A stretch of 64,000 bases of DNA from Polyangiaceae bacterium (lineage in GTDB: Bacteria > Myxococcota_A > Polyangia > Polyangiales > Polyangiaceae), in NCBI GenBank assembly GCA_035063585.1, contig JAPSGB010000012.1:77235-141234 (forward strand), given 5' to 3'. Under the pieces are notes generated by a model. The model ran no database searches. It had not been told where the DNA came from and saw only the letters and a list, made by a program, of their open reading frames with translations. The stretch's first letter is position 1. Every line of letters starts with the position of its first letter. Both the position numbers and the translations under genes were made by a program. This document shows, piece by piece, positions 41,383-51,138 of the stretch.

Positions 41383-41461
41383 TCCGCACCCTCCGCTGGA
41401 GCCACGCGAAAGTGCCTAGTGCTTTCGCAGAGTTACCGGCGAAGCCCCGTGGTGGCGAGTC

Positions 41462-42409
41462 GTGGCCGTCAAGAGAATCTGTCTGTTTACCGGGAACGCG
41501 AACCCCGAGCTCGCGACGGAGATCGCCAAGGTCCTCGGCACTCCGCTCGGTGAGGCGCGCGTCTCGAGGTTCAGCGACGGCGAGACGTTCTGCGAGATCC
41601 GCGAGAACGTGCGAGGGCTCGACACCTACGTCGTGCAGCCGACCTGCTCGCCGGTAAACGACAACTTGATGGAGCTGCTCATCATGTGCGACGCCCTCCG
41701 TCGCGCATCGGCGGCGTCGATCACGGCCGTCATCCCCTACTACGGCTACGCGCGGCAGGACCGCAAGGTGGCGCCGCGCACCCCCATCACCTCGAAGCTG
41801 GTCGCGGACCTGCTGGTCGCCGCAGGGGTCAACCGCGTCCTCTGCGTGGATCTCCACGCGGGGCAGATTCAGGGGTTCTTCAACATCCCGTTCGATCATC
41901 TCTACGCGCTCCCGGTGTTCTTGGAGGACTACCTGAAGCACCGCTTCGCCAAGGACGCGGTCTTCATCTCGCCCGACGCCGGCGGAGTGGAGCGCACGCG
42001 CGCTTACTCGAAGCGGCTGGGCGCGTCGCTCGCCATCATCGACAAGCGACGCGAGCGAGCCAACGTGAGCGAGGTGATGCACCTCATCGGGGACGTCGAA
42101 GGGCGCGACTGCATCATCGTCGACGACATGATCGACACCGCCGGGACGCTGTGCAATGCGGCCCGGGCCGTGATGGATGGCGGCGCGCGACGAGTCGTCG
42201 CGTGCGCCACCCACGGGGTGCTGAGCGGCCCCGCCGTACAGCGCATTCAGGAGTCACCGCTCGAGGAGGTGGTCGTCACCAACTCGATCCCACCCAGTGA
42301 GGAGGCGGCGGCGTCGCCGAAGATCCGCTTCCTCAACATCGGAAGGCTGCTCGGTGAGGCCATCCGTCGGATCCACAACAGCGACTCGGTGAGCTCGCTG
42401 TTCGTCTGA
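41462..42409 (+). CDS. prs: ribose-phosphate pyrophosphokinase
   Basis: [43 protein letters not shown]. Confidence 0.97.
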   Translation: MAVKRICLFTGNANPELATEIAKVLGTPLGEARVSRFSDGETFCEIRENVRGLDTYVVQPTCSPVNDNLMELLIMCDALRRASAASITAVIPYYGYARQDRKVAPRTPITSKLVADLLVAAGVNRVLCVDLHAGQIQGFFNIPFDHLYALPVFLEDYLKHRFAKDAVFISPDAGGVERTRAYSKRLGASLAIIDKRRERANVSEVMHLIGDVEGRDCIIVDDMIDTAGTLCNAARAVMDGGARRVVACATHGVLSGPAVQRIQESPLEEVVVTNSIPPSEEAAASPKIRFLNIGRLLGEAIRRIHNSDSVSSLFV

Positions 42410-42444
42410 GGCGTCCGGTTCGCCTCGAGAGGAGAATCTCGGTC

Positions 42445-43086
42445 ATGGAGCTCGTGAAGATAGCGGCAACCCGACGTCAGGATTTCGGCAAGGGCCCGGC
42501 CCGGCAGCTGCGCCGGGAAGGGAAGATCCCCGCGGTCGCCTACGGCAAGGGTCAGACGGCGGAGACGCTCGCGGTGGCTCCGAAAGAGCTCACCAGCGTG
42601 CTCACGAGCGAGCGCGGACGCAACACGGTCATCGAGCTCTTGGTGGAGGGCGAGGAGAAGCGCACCGTGCTCCTCTCCGACTACCAGTACCACCCGCTCT
42701 CGCGCGAGCTGCTCCACGCGGATTTCATCCAGATCGGGCTCGACGAGCCGGTCGACGTCGAGGTCCCCTTGGTGCTCGAAGGCAAGCCGAAGGGCGTGGT
42801 CATGGGCGGCGTGCTGCGTCAGGTCTACCGCAAGCTCCCGATCCGCTGCTTGCCGGAGAGGATCCCGGTCAAGATCGTCTACGACGTCACCGAGCTCGAC
42901 CTCGATCAGCACGTGGCCACCCGTGATCTCTCGGTCCCGGAGGGGGTGAGCGTGCGCCTCCCCGAGACCCAGACCATCGCCGGCGTCGTCACCGAGAGCA
43001 AGCACGCCGAAGCCGAGGAGGCCGCGCCCGCGGCAGGCGCGGCGCCGGCCGCGGCTCCGGCGGCGGCGACGCCTGCCAAGACGTGA
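42445..43086 (+). CDS. rplY: 50S ribosomal protein L25/Ctc
   Basis: GKGPARQLRREGKIPAVAYG, QYHP...LHADF, C-terminal Ctc domain. Confidence 0.95.
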   Translation: MELVKIAATRRQDFGKGPARQLRREGKIPAVAYGKGQTAETLAVAPKELTSVLTSERGRNTVIELLVEGEEKRTVLLSDYQYHPLSRELLHADFIQIGLDEPVDVEVPLVLEGKPKGVVMGGVLRQVYRKLPIRCLPERIPVKIVYDVTELDLDQHVATRDLSVPEGVSVRLPETQTIAGVVTESKHAEAEEAAPAAGAAPAAAPAAATPAKT

Positions 43087-43658
43087 TCCTGGTCGTCGGC
43101 CTCGGCAACCCGGGGGCGAAGTACGCGGGGACGCGGCATAACGCCGGGTTCATGGTGGTCGATCGTCTGGTCGGCGCGGCCGGCGGCCAGTGGCGAGAGA
43201 AGTTCAGCGGCCGCTTCGCTCAAATCGAGGTGGGCGGAGAGCGGGTCGTCGCGCTCGAACCGCTCACCTTCATGAACGAATCAGGCCGGAGCGTCCAGCC
43301 GGCCTTGGCGTTCTTCAAGCTCACCCCGGAGTCGCTCCTGGTCGTCCACGACGAGCTCGACCTCGACTTTAGAGAGCTCCGGCTGAAGCTCGGCGGTGGC
43401 GACGCGGGTCACCGGGGCCTGAAGAGCATCACCACCCAGCTCGGCGGCCCGAGCTACGCGAGGCTCCGCGTCGGTATCGGCCGGCCTCGAGCGGACTTTA
43501 GGGGTTCTCAAGCAGATTATGTGCTAGAAGGCTTCGCCCCGGAGGAACGGGCGCACCTCGACGGTGTGCTCGACCGCGCGGTGGACGCCGTGAGGCTCGT
43601 CATCGAGCGAGGCCTGACGGCGGCGATGAACGTCACCAATCAGAAACCGAGACACTGA
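43083..43658 (+). CDS. pth: peptidyl-tRNA hydrolase
   Basis: VGLGNPG..Y..TRHNAGF, TFMNESG, HDELD, GHRGLKS, RLRVGIGRP. Confidence 0.96.
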   Translation: MILVVGLGNPGAKYAGTRHNAGFMVVDRLVGAAGGQWREKFSGRFAQIEVGGERVVALEPLTFMNESGRSVQPALAFFKLTPESLLVVHDELDLDFRELRLKLGGGDAGHRGLKSITTQLGGPSYARLRVGIGRPRADFRGSQADYVLEGFAPEERAHLDGVLDRAVDAVRLVIERGLTAAMNVTNQKPRH

Positions 43659-43661
43659 ATA

Positions 43662-43706
43662 CTCCTTGCCCGAGGCGATGCCCTCGGGCCGAGAGTCCAT
43701 AAGGAG
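43662..43706 (+). ncRNA. S6:S18 ribosomal protein leader (cis-regulatory RNA)
   Basis: CTCCTT (43662-67) pairs with SD AAGGAG (43701-06); inner stem GCCCGAGG/CCTCGGGC ends in CCG (43689-91); directly upstream of rpsF. Confidence 0.8.
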
Positions 43707-43712
43707 CACGAA

Positions 43713-44240
43713 ATGGCTGATACCCAAGCGAGCGCGCAGAGCCACGCTCGCGAATACGAGACCATCTACGTGATGCGTCCCGATCTCGCCAAGGAGGCGA
43801 CCGCGAAGGTCGCCCGTCGCGTCGAAGAGGTGGTCGGGCGTGAAGGCGGGCGGTTGACGCTCGTCGAGACGTGGGGCCGTCGTCAGCTCGCCTATCCGGT
43901 AGCGAAGTTCAAGCGCGGGGTCTACGTCTACGTGCGCTACATCGCTGGTGGCGCGCTGGTCACCGAGCTCGAGCGCAACCTGCGGATGCTCGACGAGGTG
44001 ATGAAGTTCCAGACCGTCCTGGTTCGCAAGGACGTCGAGCTCGAGAGCGTCACCGTAGATCCCGAGACGGTGGTCTTCGAAGAGGTCGAGCCTCCCGCCG
44101 AGGGCGAGGAGGAGGACGAATCGCTCGAGCGCGAGCTCGGCCTCGTCGACGGCCCTGAGCGGACGCGCTCGTTCGACGGCGGTGGCGACTCTGACGATGA
44201 GGATGACACGGACATGCGCGGCGCGGAGGATGACGAATGA
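43713..44240 (+). CDS. rpsF: 30S ribosomal protein S6 with long acidic tail
   Basis: [37 protein letters not shown]. Confidence 0.95.
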   Translation: MADTQASAQSHAREYETIYVMRPDLAKEATAKVARRVEEVVGREGGRLTLVETWGRRQLAYPVAKFKRGVYVYVRYIAGGALVTELERNLRMLDEVMKFQTVLVRKDVELESVTVDPETVVFEEVEPPAEGEEEDESLERELGLVDGPERTRSFDGGGDSDDEDDTDMRGAEDDE

Positions 44241-44515
44241 AGGACTCCATGCGGACTCGCGAGCGAGTCGAGCGAGACGAGACCACCAACGTGGTATTTC
44301 GCAGGCCGCGGCGGCGCGGCTGCGGGTTCTGCGGAGATGAGAGCCTGGTCATCGACTACAAGGATCCCCAGGGTCTTCGCTACTTCATCACCGAGCGAGG
44401 GAAGATCGTCCCGCGCCGCATCTCGGGCGTCTGCGCGAAGCACCAGCGCGCGCTGACGCTCGCCATCAAGCGCGCCAGGAACATCGCGCTCCTGCCGTTC
44501 ACCTCGAACGACTGA
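44237..44515 (+). CDS. rpsR: 30S ribosomal protein S18 (Zn-binding form)
   Basis: [35 protein letters not shown]. Confidence 0.97.
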   Translation: MKDSMRTRERVERDETTNVVFRRPRRRGCGFCGDESLVIDYKDPQGLRYFITERGKIVPRRISGVCAKHQRALTLAIKRARNIALLPFTSND

Positions 44516-44537
44516 GTGGTCAGAAAGGAGATGGCAG

Positions 44538-44996
44538 ATGGCTAGTGCAATCCGCGTCGTCCTGCAGCAGAGCGTGGAGAATCTCGGGAGCGGAGGCGAT
44601 GTCGTCCGGGTTCGCCCCGGCTACGCGCGGAACTTCCTGATCCCGCGCGGCCTCGCCGCGCCTGCGACCCCCGCGAATCTCGCCCGTGTGAATGAGCTGA
44701 AGCGAGTGGCCGCCGCGCACGCGCAGGCCGAGCTCGATGCAGCCAAGAGCCTCGGCGAGAAGCTCGCCAGCATGGCGGTCAAGCTCGAGCGCGCCGTCGG
44801 TGAAGAGAACAAGATGTACGGCTCGGTGACCACACGCGACATCGAGGAAGCCTACGCCGCGCAGGGCGTCGAGCTCGACCGTCGTAAGGTCCACCTCCAC
44901 GAGCCCATCAAGCAGCTGGGCCTGCACGAGGTGCCGATCCGCCTGCACGCCGACGTCACGGTGAACCTCCGCGTCGAGGTCGTGAAGAAGGCGTGA
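44538..44996 (+). CDS. rplI: 50S ribosomal protein L9
   Basis: LG..GDVVRVRPGYARNFLIP, KMYGSVT, IKQLG. Confidence 0.97.
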   Translation: MASAIRVVLQQSVENLGSGGDVVRVRPGYARNFLIPRGLAAPATPANLARVNELKRVAAAHAQAELDAAKSLGEKLASMAVKLERAVGEENKMYGSVTTRDIEEAYAAQGVELDRRKVHLHEPIKQLGLHEVPIRLHADVTVNLRVEVVKKA

Positions 44997-45312
44997 GCCG
45001 CGAGCCCTCGAGCCATCAGGCGTTCGAGGGCGAAGGTCGCGTCGTGGAGCGGAACGCGCTCCGCGCCTGCGCCCCGGGAGCCGATGCGGTTCTCGGGGCG
45101 CTCGCGCTCGTGCGGGTCATGGGGAGGGCCGGTGGAGCGCCCCGGATGTAAGTGGCGGAGCTAGCGGCGCGCGCGCCGCCCTCGCGGATCCGCGACTTGG
45201 ACGCGCTTCGGGCCGCGTGCACCGGCGGGGGAGCTCGCGGCGCGCGCGCCGCCCTCGCGGTGGGACATTGCCCTGCCGCCGGCCTCCGAGATTTCTGGCA
45301 AGCTCCCGAGGG

Positions 45313-46830
45313 ATGAGCCGGACGTACGCGAAGGACCGTCAACGACGTGGCGATGCACCGCTCCAGCTCACGCCCGCTGCGGGGCGTGTGCCGCCTCACG
45401 ATCTCGACGCCGAGGGCGCGGTGCTGAGCGCGATCCTGCTCGACCCAGGCTCCTTCGACACCGTGCAGCACGTGCTCGAGCCCGAGCACTTCTACTCGGA
45501 CGCCAACCGCTGGATCTTCGAGGCGGTGCTCGCGCTCGCGCAGGGCCCGCACCGCGTGGTGGACGTGGTGGCGGTGGCAGGGTGGCTTCGGGATCGCGAG
45601 CGCTTGCAGCAGATCGGCGGCACGCCGTACCTGGCGCAGCTCGCCGACGCGACCCCGGCGGTCGCCAACGTCGAGGTTCACGCCAAGACCATCCGCGAGA
45701 AGTACCGCCTGCGGCAGCTCATCGCCACGTGCCAGCGCTTCGCCGCCGAGGGCTACGGCGACTGCGGCCCGGTGCAAGACTTCATCGATCAGGCCGAGCA
45801 GTCGGTCTTCGAGCTCGCGCGGACCGACGAGACCACCACCTTGGTGACGCTCCGCGCAGCCGTGGAAGGCGCCTTCGAGATCATAAGCGCCGCGGCCTTG
45901 CATGGCGGCGGAGTCTCCGGGATCCCATCCGGCTTCACGCAGCTCGACGAGAAGTGCTCGGGGCTCCATCCGGGGGATCTCTACGTGGTCGCCGGACGTC
46001 CCGGCATGGGCAAGACCGCGTTCGTCTTGAACCTCGCGGTCAACGTCGCCAAGTCGCGCGCGGTCGCGCTCGCGGCGAACGCGGATCCTTACGAGGAGGC
46101 GCCCGTCGAGGAGCCCGGTGACGGCGTGGTGTTCTTCTCGCTCGAGATGCCGCGCGCGCAGCTCGCCTCGCGCCTCTTGGCGTCGGAGGCCCGCGTGGAC
46201 GTCTCGCGGCTCCGAAGCGGAAGGCTGGGCCCCGAAGACTGGAACAAGCTCACCGAGGCGGCCGGTCGGCTCTCCCAGATGCCGCTCTGGCTCGACGACA
46301 CCCCGGCCATCACCTTGCTCGACGTCCGCGCGCGGCTCCGGCGCTTGCAGGCGGAGATCGCGCGCGGCGCCCCGTCGGCGACGCCGACCAAGCGGATCGG
46401 GGTGGTCGCCATCGACTACCTGCAGCTCATGCAGGGTCGTCGCGACGCGCAGAGCCGCGAGCAGGAGATCAGCGAGCTCTCCCGCGGGCTGAAGCAGCTC
46501 GCCAAGGAGATGGGCGTCGCGGTGGTCGCGCTCTCGCAGCTGAACCGCTCGGTCGAGACGCGCAACACCAAGGACAAGCGCCCTCAGCTCAGCGATCTGC
46601 GCGAGTCGGGCGCCATCGAGCAGGACGCCGACACCATCCTCTTCATCTATCGCGACGAATATTACTTCAAGGACAGCGAGCAGAAGGGCCGGGCCGAGGT
46701 GATCATCGCGAAGCAGAGGAACGGGCCGACCGGGCGGATCCAGACGCGCTATACCTCCGAGTACACGCGCTTCGATAACCTCGCGCCCGAGGAGTACGAC
46801 TTCGGCGAGCTCGATCTCGAGGACGCCTGA
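45313..46830 (+). CDS. dnaB: replicative DNA helicase
   Basis: PPHDLDAEGAVL, GRPGMGKT, FSLEM, IDYLQLM, LSQLNR, DLRESGAIEQDAD, AKQRNGPTG; no intein. Confidence 0.96.
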   Translation: MSRTYAKDRQRRGDAPLQLTPAAGRVPPHDLDAEGAVLSAILLDPGSFDTVQHVLEPEHFYSDANRWIFEAVLALAQGPHRVVDVVAVAGWLRDRERLQQIGGTPYLAQLADATPAVANVEVHAKTIREKYRLRQLIATCQRFAAEGYGDCGPVQDFIDQAEQSVFELARTDETTTLVTLRAAVEGAFEIISAAALHGGGVSGIPSGFTQLDEKCSGLHPGDLYVVAGRPGMGKTAFVLNLAVNVAKSRAVALAANADPYEEAPVEEPGDGVVFFSLEMPRAQLASRLLASEARVDVSRLRSGRLGPEDWNKLTEAAGRLSQMPLWLDDTPAITLLDVRARLRRLQAEIARGAPSATPTKRIGVVAIDYLQLMQGRRDAQSREQEISELSRGLKQLAKEMGVAVVALSQLNRSVETRNTKDKRPQLSDLRESGAIEQDADTILFIYRDEYYFKDSEQKGRAEVIIAKQRNGPTGRIQTRYTSEYTRFDNLAPEEYDFGELDLEDA

Positions 46831-46980
46831 GGCCGCTCGCCCGCGCCGCGGCCGTGAGGCGAGACGGCTCGCCCGTGCGCCGCGGGCGGGGCCCGCGCGG
46901 CGGTTCGCGCCGCCGGCCGCGCCGGGCCGCCAGCCCGAAACGATGCGGGGCTCGCTCGATGGAGCTAGGCTCGGCGGGTC

Positions 46981-47922
46981 ATGGGGCGGAGGCTCTTCTC
47001 GCGAGGCATGGTCGGGGCGCTGGTGGTGGCGGGCGCCTTCGCAGCGTGTAGCCGCTCGGACCTCGAGGGGCTCGAGGTGCCGCCGGCAGTCGCGGGCTCG
47101 GCCGGCGCGGCCGGCGCAGACGCCGCCGCGGGCGCGGCCGGCGCGGACGCCGCTGCCGGCGCGGCTGGCGCGGACGCCGCCGCGGGCGCGGCCGGGCAGG
47201 CCGGGGCTGGTGGCCTCGGCGGCGCGGCCGGCGTCGGGGGCGTGGCGGGCTCCACGGGCGGCGCCGCGGGCGTCTCGGGGAGCGGCGGGGTCGCCGGCGC
47301 GGGCGGCACCGGCGGCGTGCTCGCGACCGGCGGCACCGGCGGCGTGCTCGCGACCGGCGGCACCGGCGGCGTGCTCGCGACCGGCGGCACCGGCGGGGGC
47401 GCCACCGACGGCGGCAACTTCTTCGATGCGTTCCCGTTCCCGGACAGCGGCCCCATCGCGGACTGCGTGTCGTGCGCGGATCGAGCGTGCCATGGCCAGG
47501 TCAACACCTGCTTCAACGATCCGTCGTGCGCGAACGGGGTCGTCTGCGCGGTCACCTCGTGCGGCGGCGGCATCGATCTCGGTTGTATCCTCGGGTGCTT
47601 CGGCGGCGATTTCGCGGCGGCCGGCCGCGCGCTCCAGGCGTTCCTGTGCGTCACGCGGAGCTGCGGGCAGGAGTGCATCGGCGCCATCGGCTCGCTCGGT
47701 GGTGGGAGCTCGGGAGGCTCGGCGCCGAGCCCGGGCGGGACGCCGCCGTCGCCGTTTCCGCCAGGGTTCTCGCCGCGCGCAGGTGGCGCGATGGTGGTGG
47801 TCGCTCCCGAGGTGGCGCGGCGCACGGGCGTCCCCGCCGGGCCGCTCTACGTGCCCGGCCTCGAGGTGCTCGACTCGCTCCCGGGAGTGTTCGAGGCGAC
47901 GCGCGGCTCGAGCGCGCACTGA
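46981..47922 (+). CDS. lipoprotein with Gly/Ala linker and small Cys-rich domain
   Basis: Lipobox AFAAC, low-complexity linker, then CVSC..C..C..C..C..C..C.LGC..C..C..C. Confidence 0.75.
   Translation: MGRRLFSRGMVGALVVAGAFAACSRSDLEGLEVPPAVAGSAGAAGADAAAGAAGADAAAGAAGADAAAGAAGQAGAGGLGGAAGVGGVAGSTGGAAGVSGSGGVAGAGGTGGVLATGGTGGVLATGGTGGVLATGGTGGGATDGGNFFDAFPFPDSGPIADCVSCADRACHGQVNTCFNDPSCANGVVCAVTSCGGGIDLGCILGCFGGDFAAAGRALQAFLCVTRSCGQECIGAIGSLGGGSSGGSAPSPGGTPPSPFPPGFSPRAGGAMVVVAPEVARRTGVPAGPLYVPGLEVLDSLPGVFEATRGSSAH
47302..47396 (+). repeat. in-frame 27-bp tandem repeat (GGTGGVLAT) x3.5
   Basis: GGCGGCACCGGCGGCGTGCTCGCGACC identical at 47302, 47329 and 47356, plus a partial copy. Confidence 0.9.
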
Positions 47923-47939
47923 GGCTCGGGCGCACGCGC

Positions 47940-48953
47940 CTAGAGCAAGAGCCGCTCGCCGAGCTCGTGCATGAGATCGGTGATGCCTTCGTGCGTCGCG
48001 GCGCTCACCAGCCGGAGCTCGATGCCGAGCCGCGCGAAGTCCTCGCGGGCGGCCGGGTAGGCCTCGCGCACCTCGGGCAGATCGGCCTTGGTCATGGCGA
48101 CCACCTCCGGGCGCGAGACCAGCGCGCGGTCATACGCCGCGAGCTCCTCGCGGAGCACGCGGTAGTCGTTCACGGGTGAGCGATGGGGTTCATCCGTGAA
48201 CGTGACCAGGTGCAAGAGCACGCGGGTCCGCTCCACATGTCGGAGGAAGCGGAGCCCGAGCCCCGCTCCTTCGCTCGCGCCCGGGATGAGACCCGGGATG
48301 TCTGCGAGCACGAAGCTGCGCCCGAGCCCGCGCCGGTGGTCTCCGATGCGGACCACGCCGAGGTGCGGCTCGAGCGTGGTGAACGGGTAGTCGGCGACCT
48401 TCGGGCGCGCGTGGCTCACGGCGCGGATGAGCGTGCTCTTGCCGACGTTCGGGAAGCCGAGCAGACCGACGTCGGCCATGACGCGGAGCTCGAGCCGGAG
48501 CTCGAGCTGCTCGCCCGGCTCTCCCGGCTCGGCTCGGCGCGGCGCGCGATCCACCGAGGTCGCGAAATGCTTGTTGCCGCGGCCGCCGCGCCCGCCGTGG
48601 GCGATGACGACGCGGTCGCCCGGGCGGGTGAGCTCGCAGAGCTTTCGCCCGTCCGGCGCGGCGTACACGACCGTCCCGAGCGGGACGCGGACCTCGGCGT
48701 CACGCCCGGCACGCCCGTAGCAGTCCTTACCCTGCCCGTGCTCGCCGCGCTCGGCGCGCACCGCGCGCAGGTGATTGAGATCGTAGAGCGTTCCGCGGCC
48801 CGGATCGGCGACCAGCACCACGTCGCCGCCGCGGCCTCCGTCTCCGCCCGCCGGGCCGCCGAGCGGCGCGAACTTCTCCCGCCGGAACGCGGCGACGCCG
48901 TTGCCGCCGTCTCCGGCCGCCACGAAGAGCGTGCACTCGTCGATGAACCGCAT
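47940..48953 (-). CDS. obgE: GTPase ObgE/CgtA
   Basis: MRFIDE, FRREK..P.GGP.GGDGG, GFPNVGKS, YPFTT, DIPG, TKAD. Confidence 0.97.
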   Translation of the reverse strand: MRFIDECTLFVAAGDGGNGVAAFRREKFAPLGGPAGGDGGRGGDVVLVADPGRGTLYDLNHLRAVRAERGEHGQGKDCYGRAGRDAEVRVPLGTVVYAAPDGRKLCELTRPGDRVVIAHGGRGGRGNKHFATSVDRAPRRAEPGEPGEQLELRLELRVMADVGLLGFPNVGKSTLIRAVSHARPKVADYPFTTLEPHLGVVRIGDHRRGLGRSFVLADIPGLIPGASEGAGLGLRFLRHVERTRVLLHLVTFTDEPHRSPVNDYRVLREELAAYDRALVSRPEVVAMTKADLPEVREAYPAAREDFARLGIELRLVSAATHEGITDLMHELGERLLL

Positions 48954-49100
48954 GGTGCTGGGCCGGTCTCCGGCGCTGCCGGAGCCGTGCGACTAGCACA
49001 GGCCGCGCCCGGCGGGCAGCCGGCTCCGGTCGGTGGCGCGCCGGGCGGCGGGCGCGCCCGCGCCGCCGCGCGGCTCGTCCCGTGGTATCGAGGGGGAGCG

Positions 49101-49601
49101 ATGACGGGAGCCGCGCCGAGGGTGGTCGCTCGCGCGAGCGCGCTCGCGCCGAGCCGGGGGCCGCTCATCGCCCGCGCTCGCCGCCTCCTGTTCGCGCTCG
49201 CCGTGGCGGCGAGCGCGCTCGCGGTCACGAGCTCGGGGCGCGCTCGCGACGAAGGGCTCACCGCGCGCTTGTCGTGCCGACCCGCCGCGTCGGTCGGGCG
49301 CGTGTCGTGCGAGCTCGAGGTCGAGGCCGCCGACGGGCGGCTCACCTGGGTCGACGCGCTGGTCCTCCGGGCGCCGTCCTTCGCGCGCCCGCTCCGGGCC
49401 CGCGTCGGCATGCGCCAAGCGACGGCGTCGACCGAGCGCCGCGTGCGTCTGCCCATCGTGCTGGTCGCGACCGAGGCGGGGTCGGGGCAGCTCGAGGTCG
49501 AGGCGCGCGCGGTCCGCTGCGCGCGGTCGCTCTGCGCCTCCGCGGTCCTGCCGGCGCGCGCGGCGGTCGAGGTCGGGCCGGTGCGTGAAGCGCGCCCGTG
49601 A
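49101..49601 (+). CDS. hypothetical exported beta-rich protein
   Basis: Hydrophobic signal-like stretch, paired Cys (LSC..VSC, VRC..LC); last 166 aa of ORF 48183..49601. Confidence 0.55.
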   Translation: MTGAAPRVVARASALAPSRGPLIARARRLLFALAVAASALAVTSSGRARDEGLTARLSCRPAASVGRVSCELEVEAADGRLTWVDALVLRAPSFARPLRARVGMRQATASTERRVRLPIVLVATEAGSGQLEVEARAVRCARSLCASAVLPARAAVEVGPVREARP

Positions 49602-49658
49602 GCCGAGCGGGCGGTCGTGAACTTGTCCGACTCGGCGGCGCGCTGATAGTCCCGAGGG

Positions 49659-50393
49659 ATGCAGCTCCCGGGCCGCCTCGCCGCGACCACGCTCGGCGAT
49701 CTGCTCGGCGCGCTGCATCGCGAGCGCGCGAGCGGGGTGCTCGAGCTCGTGGAACGCTCGGGCGCGAGCGCGGGCCGCGCGCACCGGATCGTGCTCGACG
49801 CCGGGCTCGTGCGCGACGTAGAGACCGCGCTCGGCGTGCCGCGCGTCGGCGAGATCCTGCGCCGGGAGGGGTTCATCGACGGGGGCGCCGCGCGGCTCCT
49901 GGCTCGCCGGCTCGTCGCGGCGCCGACCCTGCGCGCCGGGGAGGTGCTGGTCGGCGAGTGCGGCGTGTCGAGCGGGGCGCTCGGCGCGGCGCTGCGCTTT
50001 CAGCTCCGCGCGCGGCTCGACCGCCTCTTCGAGCTCGCCGATGGGCAGATCCGATTCCACGTCACCGGCGTGCCGCGCCCGCGTGAGCGCGCGGTGCCGC
50101 TGTCACCGCACGAATTCCTCCACGGCAGGCCGCGGGCGCGCGGCGCGTCGCGGCGCGCGCCCGCGCCGAGCCCCGCGACGCCGTCGAAGCGGCACGATCC
50201 GGTGCGCGCGCGGGCGCTCACCGTGCTCGGGCTCGGGCCCGCCGCGGACCGCGCCAGCGTACAGCGAGCGTTCCGCGCGCTCGCGCGCGAGGCGCACCCC
50301 GATCGGTTCCCGGCCGCCAGCGCCGAGGAGCGCGAGACGCTGCGGCGCCGGTTCGCGGAGCTCAGCGCGGCGTACCACGCGCTGGTGGCCTGA
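49659..50393 (+). CDS. DUF4388-like N-terminus plus C-terminal DnaJ (J) domain
   Basis: GRL...TLGDLL..LHRERASGVLEL, RVGEILRREG; VQRAFRALAREAHPDR...FAELSAAY. Confidence 0.8.
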   Translation: MQLPGRLAATTLGDLLGALHRERASGVLELVERSGASAGRAHRIVLDAGLVRDVETALGVPRVGEILRREGFIDGGAARLLARRLVAAPTLRAGEVLVGECGVSSGALGAALRFQLRARLDRLFELADGQIRFHVTGVPRPRERAVPLSPHEFLHGRPRARGASRRAPAPSPATPSKRHDPVRARALTVLGLGPAADRASVQRAFRALAREAHPDRFPAASAEERETLRRRFAELSAAYHALVA

Positions 50394-50454
50394 GCGCGCC
50401 GCCGGCCGCGCCGGACCGGCATGCGCTCGGCACCCGGGTCGGCGCGGCTGCGGC

Positions 50455-51138
50455 TCACGCCGGGCGCTCGAGCGCGGAGGGATCCCACGTGCGAATCAGC
50501 GCGGGCAGCTCGCGGAGCGGGATGAGCGCGTCGGGTCGCGCCGCGGCGAGCCGCTCGCGCGCCTGGATGCCTCCCTCGACGCCGACCGTGCGCGCGCCGG
50601 CGGCCCGCCCGCACTCGACGTCCTGCGCGGCGTCGCCGACCATCACGAGCGCCCGCGGCTCGAGCGCGAGCCGGCGCGCGATGGTGAGCAGGCCGCCGGG
50701 AGCCGGCTTCCTCTCCGCGAGATCATCGCCGGCGACGATCTCGCGGAGACGGCGGTCGAGCCCGAGCGCGGCGAGCGTCGCGAGCGTGGCGCGGCGCGGC
50801 TTGTTGGTGAGGAGCGCGAGCGGGAGCGGCGCGAGGGCGTCGAGCACCTCCTCGACGCCGGCGATGAGTCGCGTGTGGTCGACCGCGTGCGCGGTGTAGT
50901 ACTCGAGGAAGGTGGTCTCGAGCGCGTCGAGCCGGGGATCGCCGGCGAGGAGACGACTCGAGCGCGCGAGGAGGAGCCGGGCGCCGTCGCCCACGTAGCT
51001 CGCGATTTCGCCCGCGGGGAGGGTGGGGTAGCCCGACACGGCGAGCGCGTGGTTCGTCGAGCGGACGATGTCCTCGCGCGAGTCGACGAGGGTGCCGTCG
51101 AGATCGAACACCACGCCGCAGACGGGGGCCGGCGTCAT
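50455..51138 (-). CDS. HAD-family hydrolase (phosphoglycolate phosphatase-like)
   Basis: FDLDGTLVDS, LTNKP, KPAP, MVGD...DV; ATGA overlap with the upstream gene. Confidence 0.9.
   Translation of the reverse strand: MTPAPVCGVVFDLDGTLVDSREDIVRSTNHALAVSGYPTLPAGEIASYVGDGARLLLARSSRLLAGDPRLDALETTFLEYYTAHAVDHTRLIAGVEEVLDALAPLPLALLTNKPRRATLATLAALGLDRRLREIVAGDDLAERKPAPGGLLTIARRLALEPRALVMVGDAAQDVECGRAAGARTVGVEGGIQARERLAAARPDALIPLRELPALIRTWDPSALERPA

Noticed and set aside
41316..41461. tRNA-Gln often found upstream of prs
   Set aside because: No cloverleaf or T-loop GTTCGA seen.
46050..46125. Intein in DnaB
   Set aside because: Only a ~20-aa acidic loop insert; no splicing motifs and near-normal length.
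45016..47919. Many long ORFs in the track (e.g. 16029..19331, 20682..23393, 38706..41360, 45016..47919)
   Set aside because: Arg/Ala/Pro-rich antisense or off-frame shadows of clear genes, expected at this GC content.
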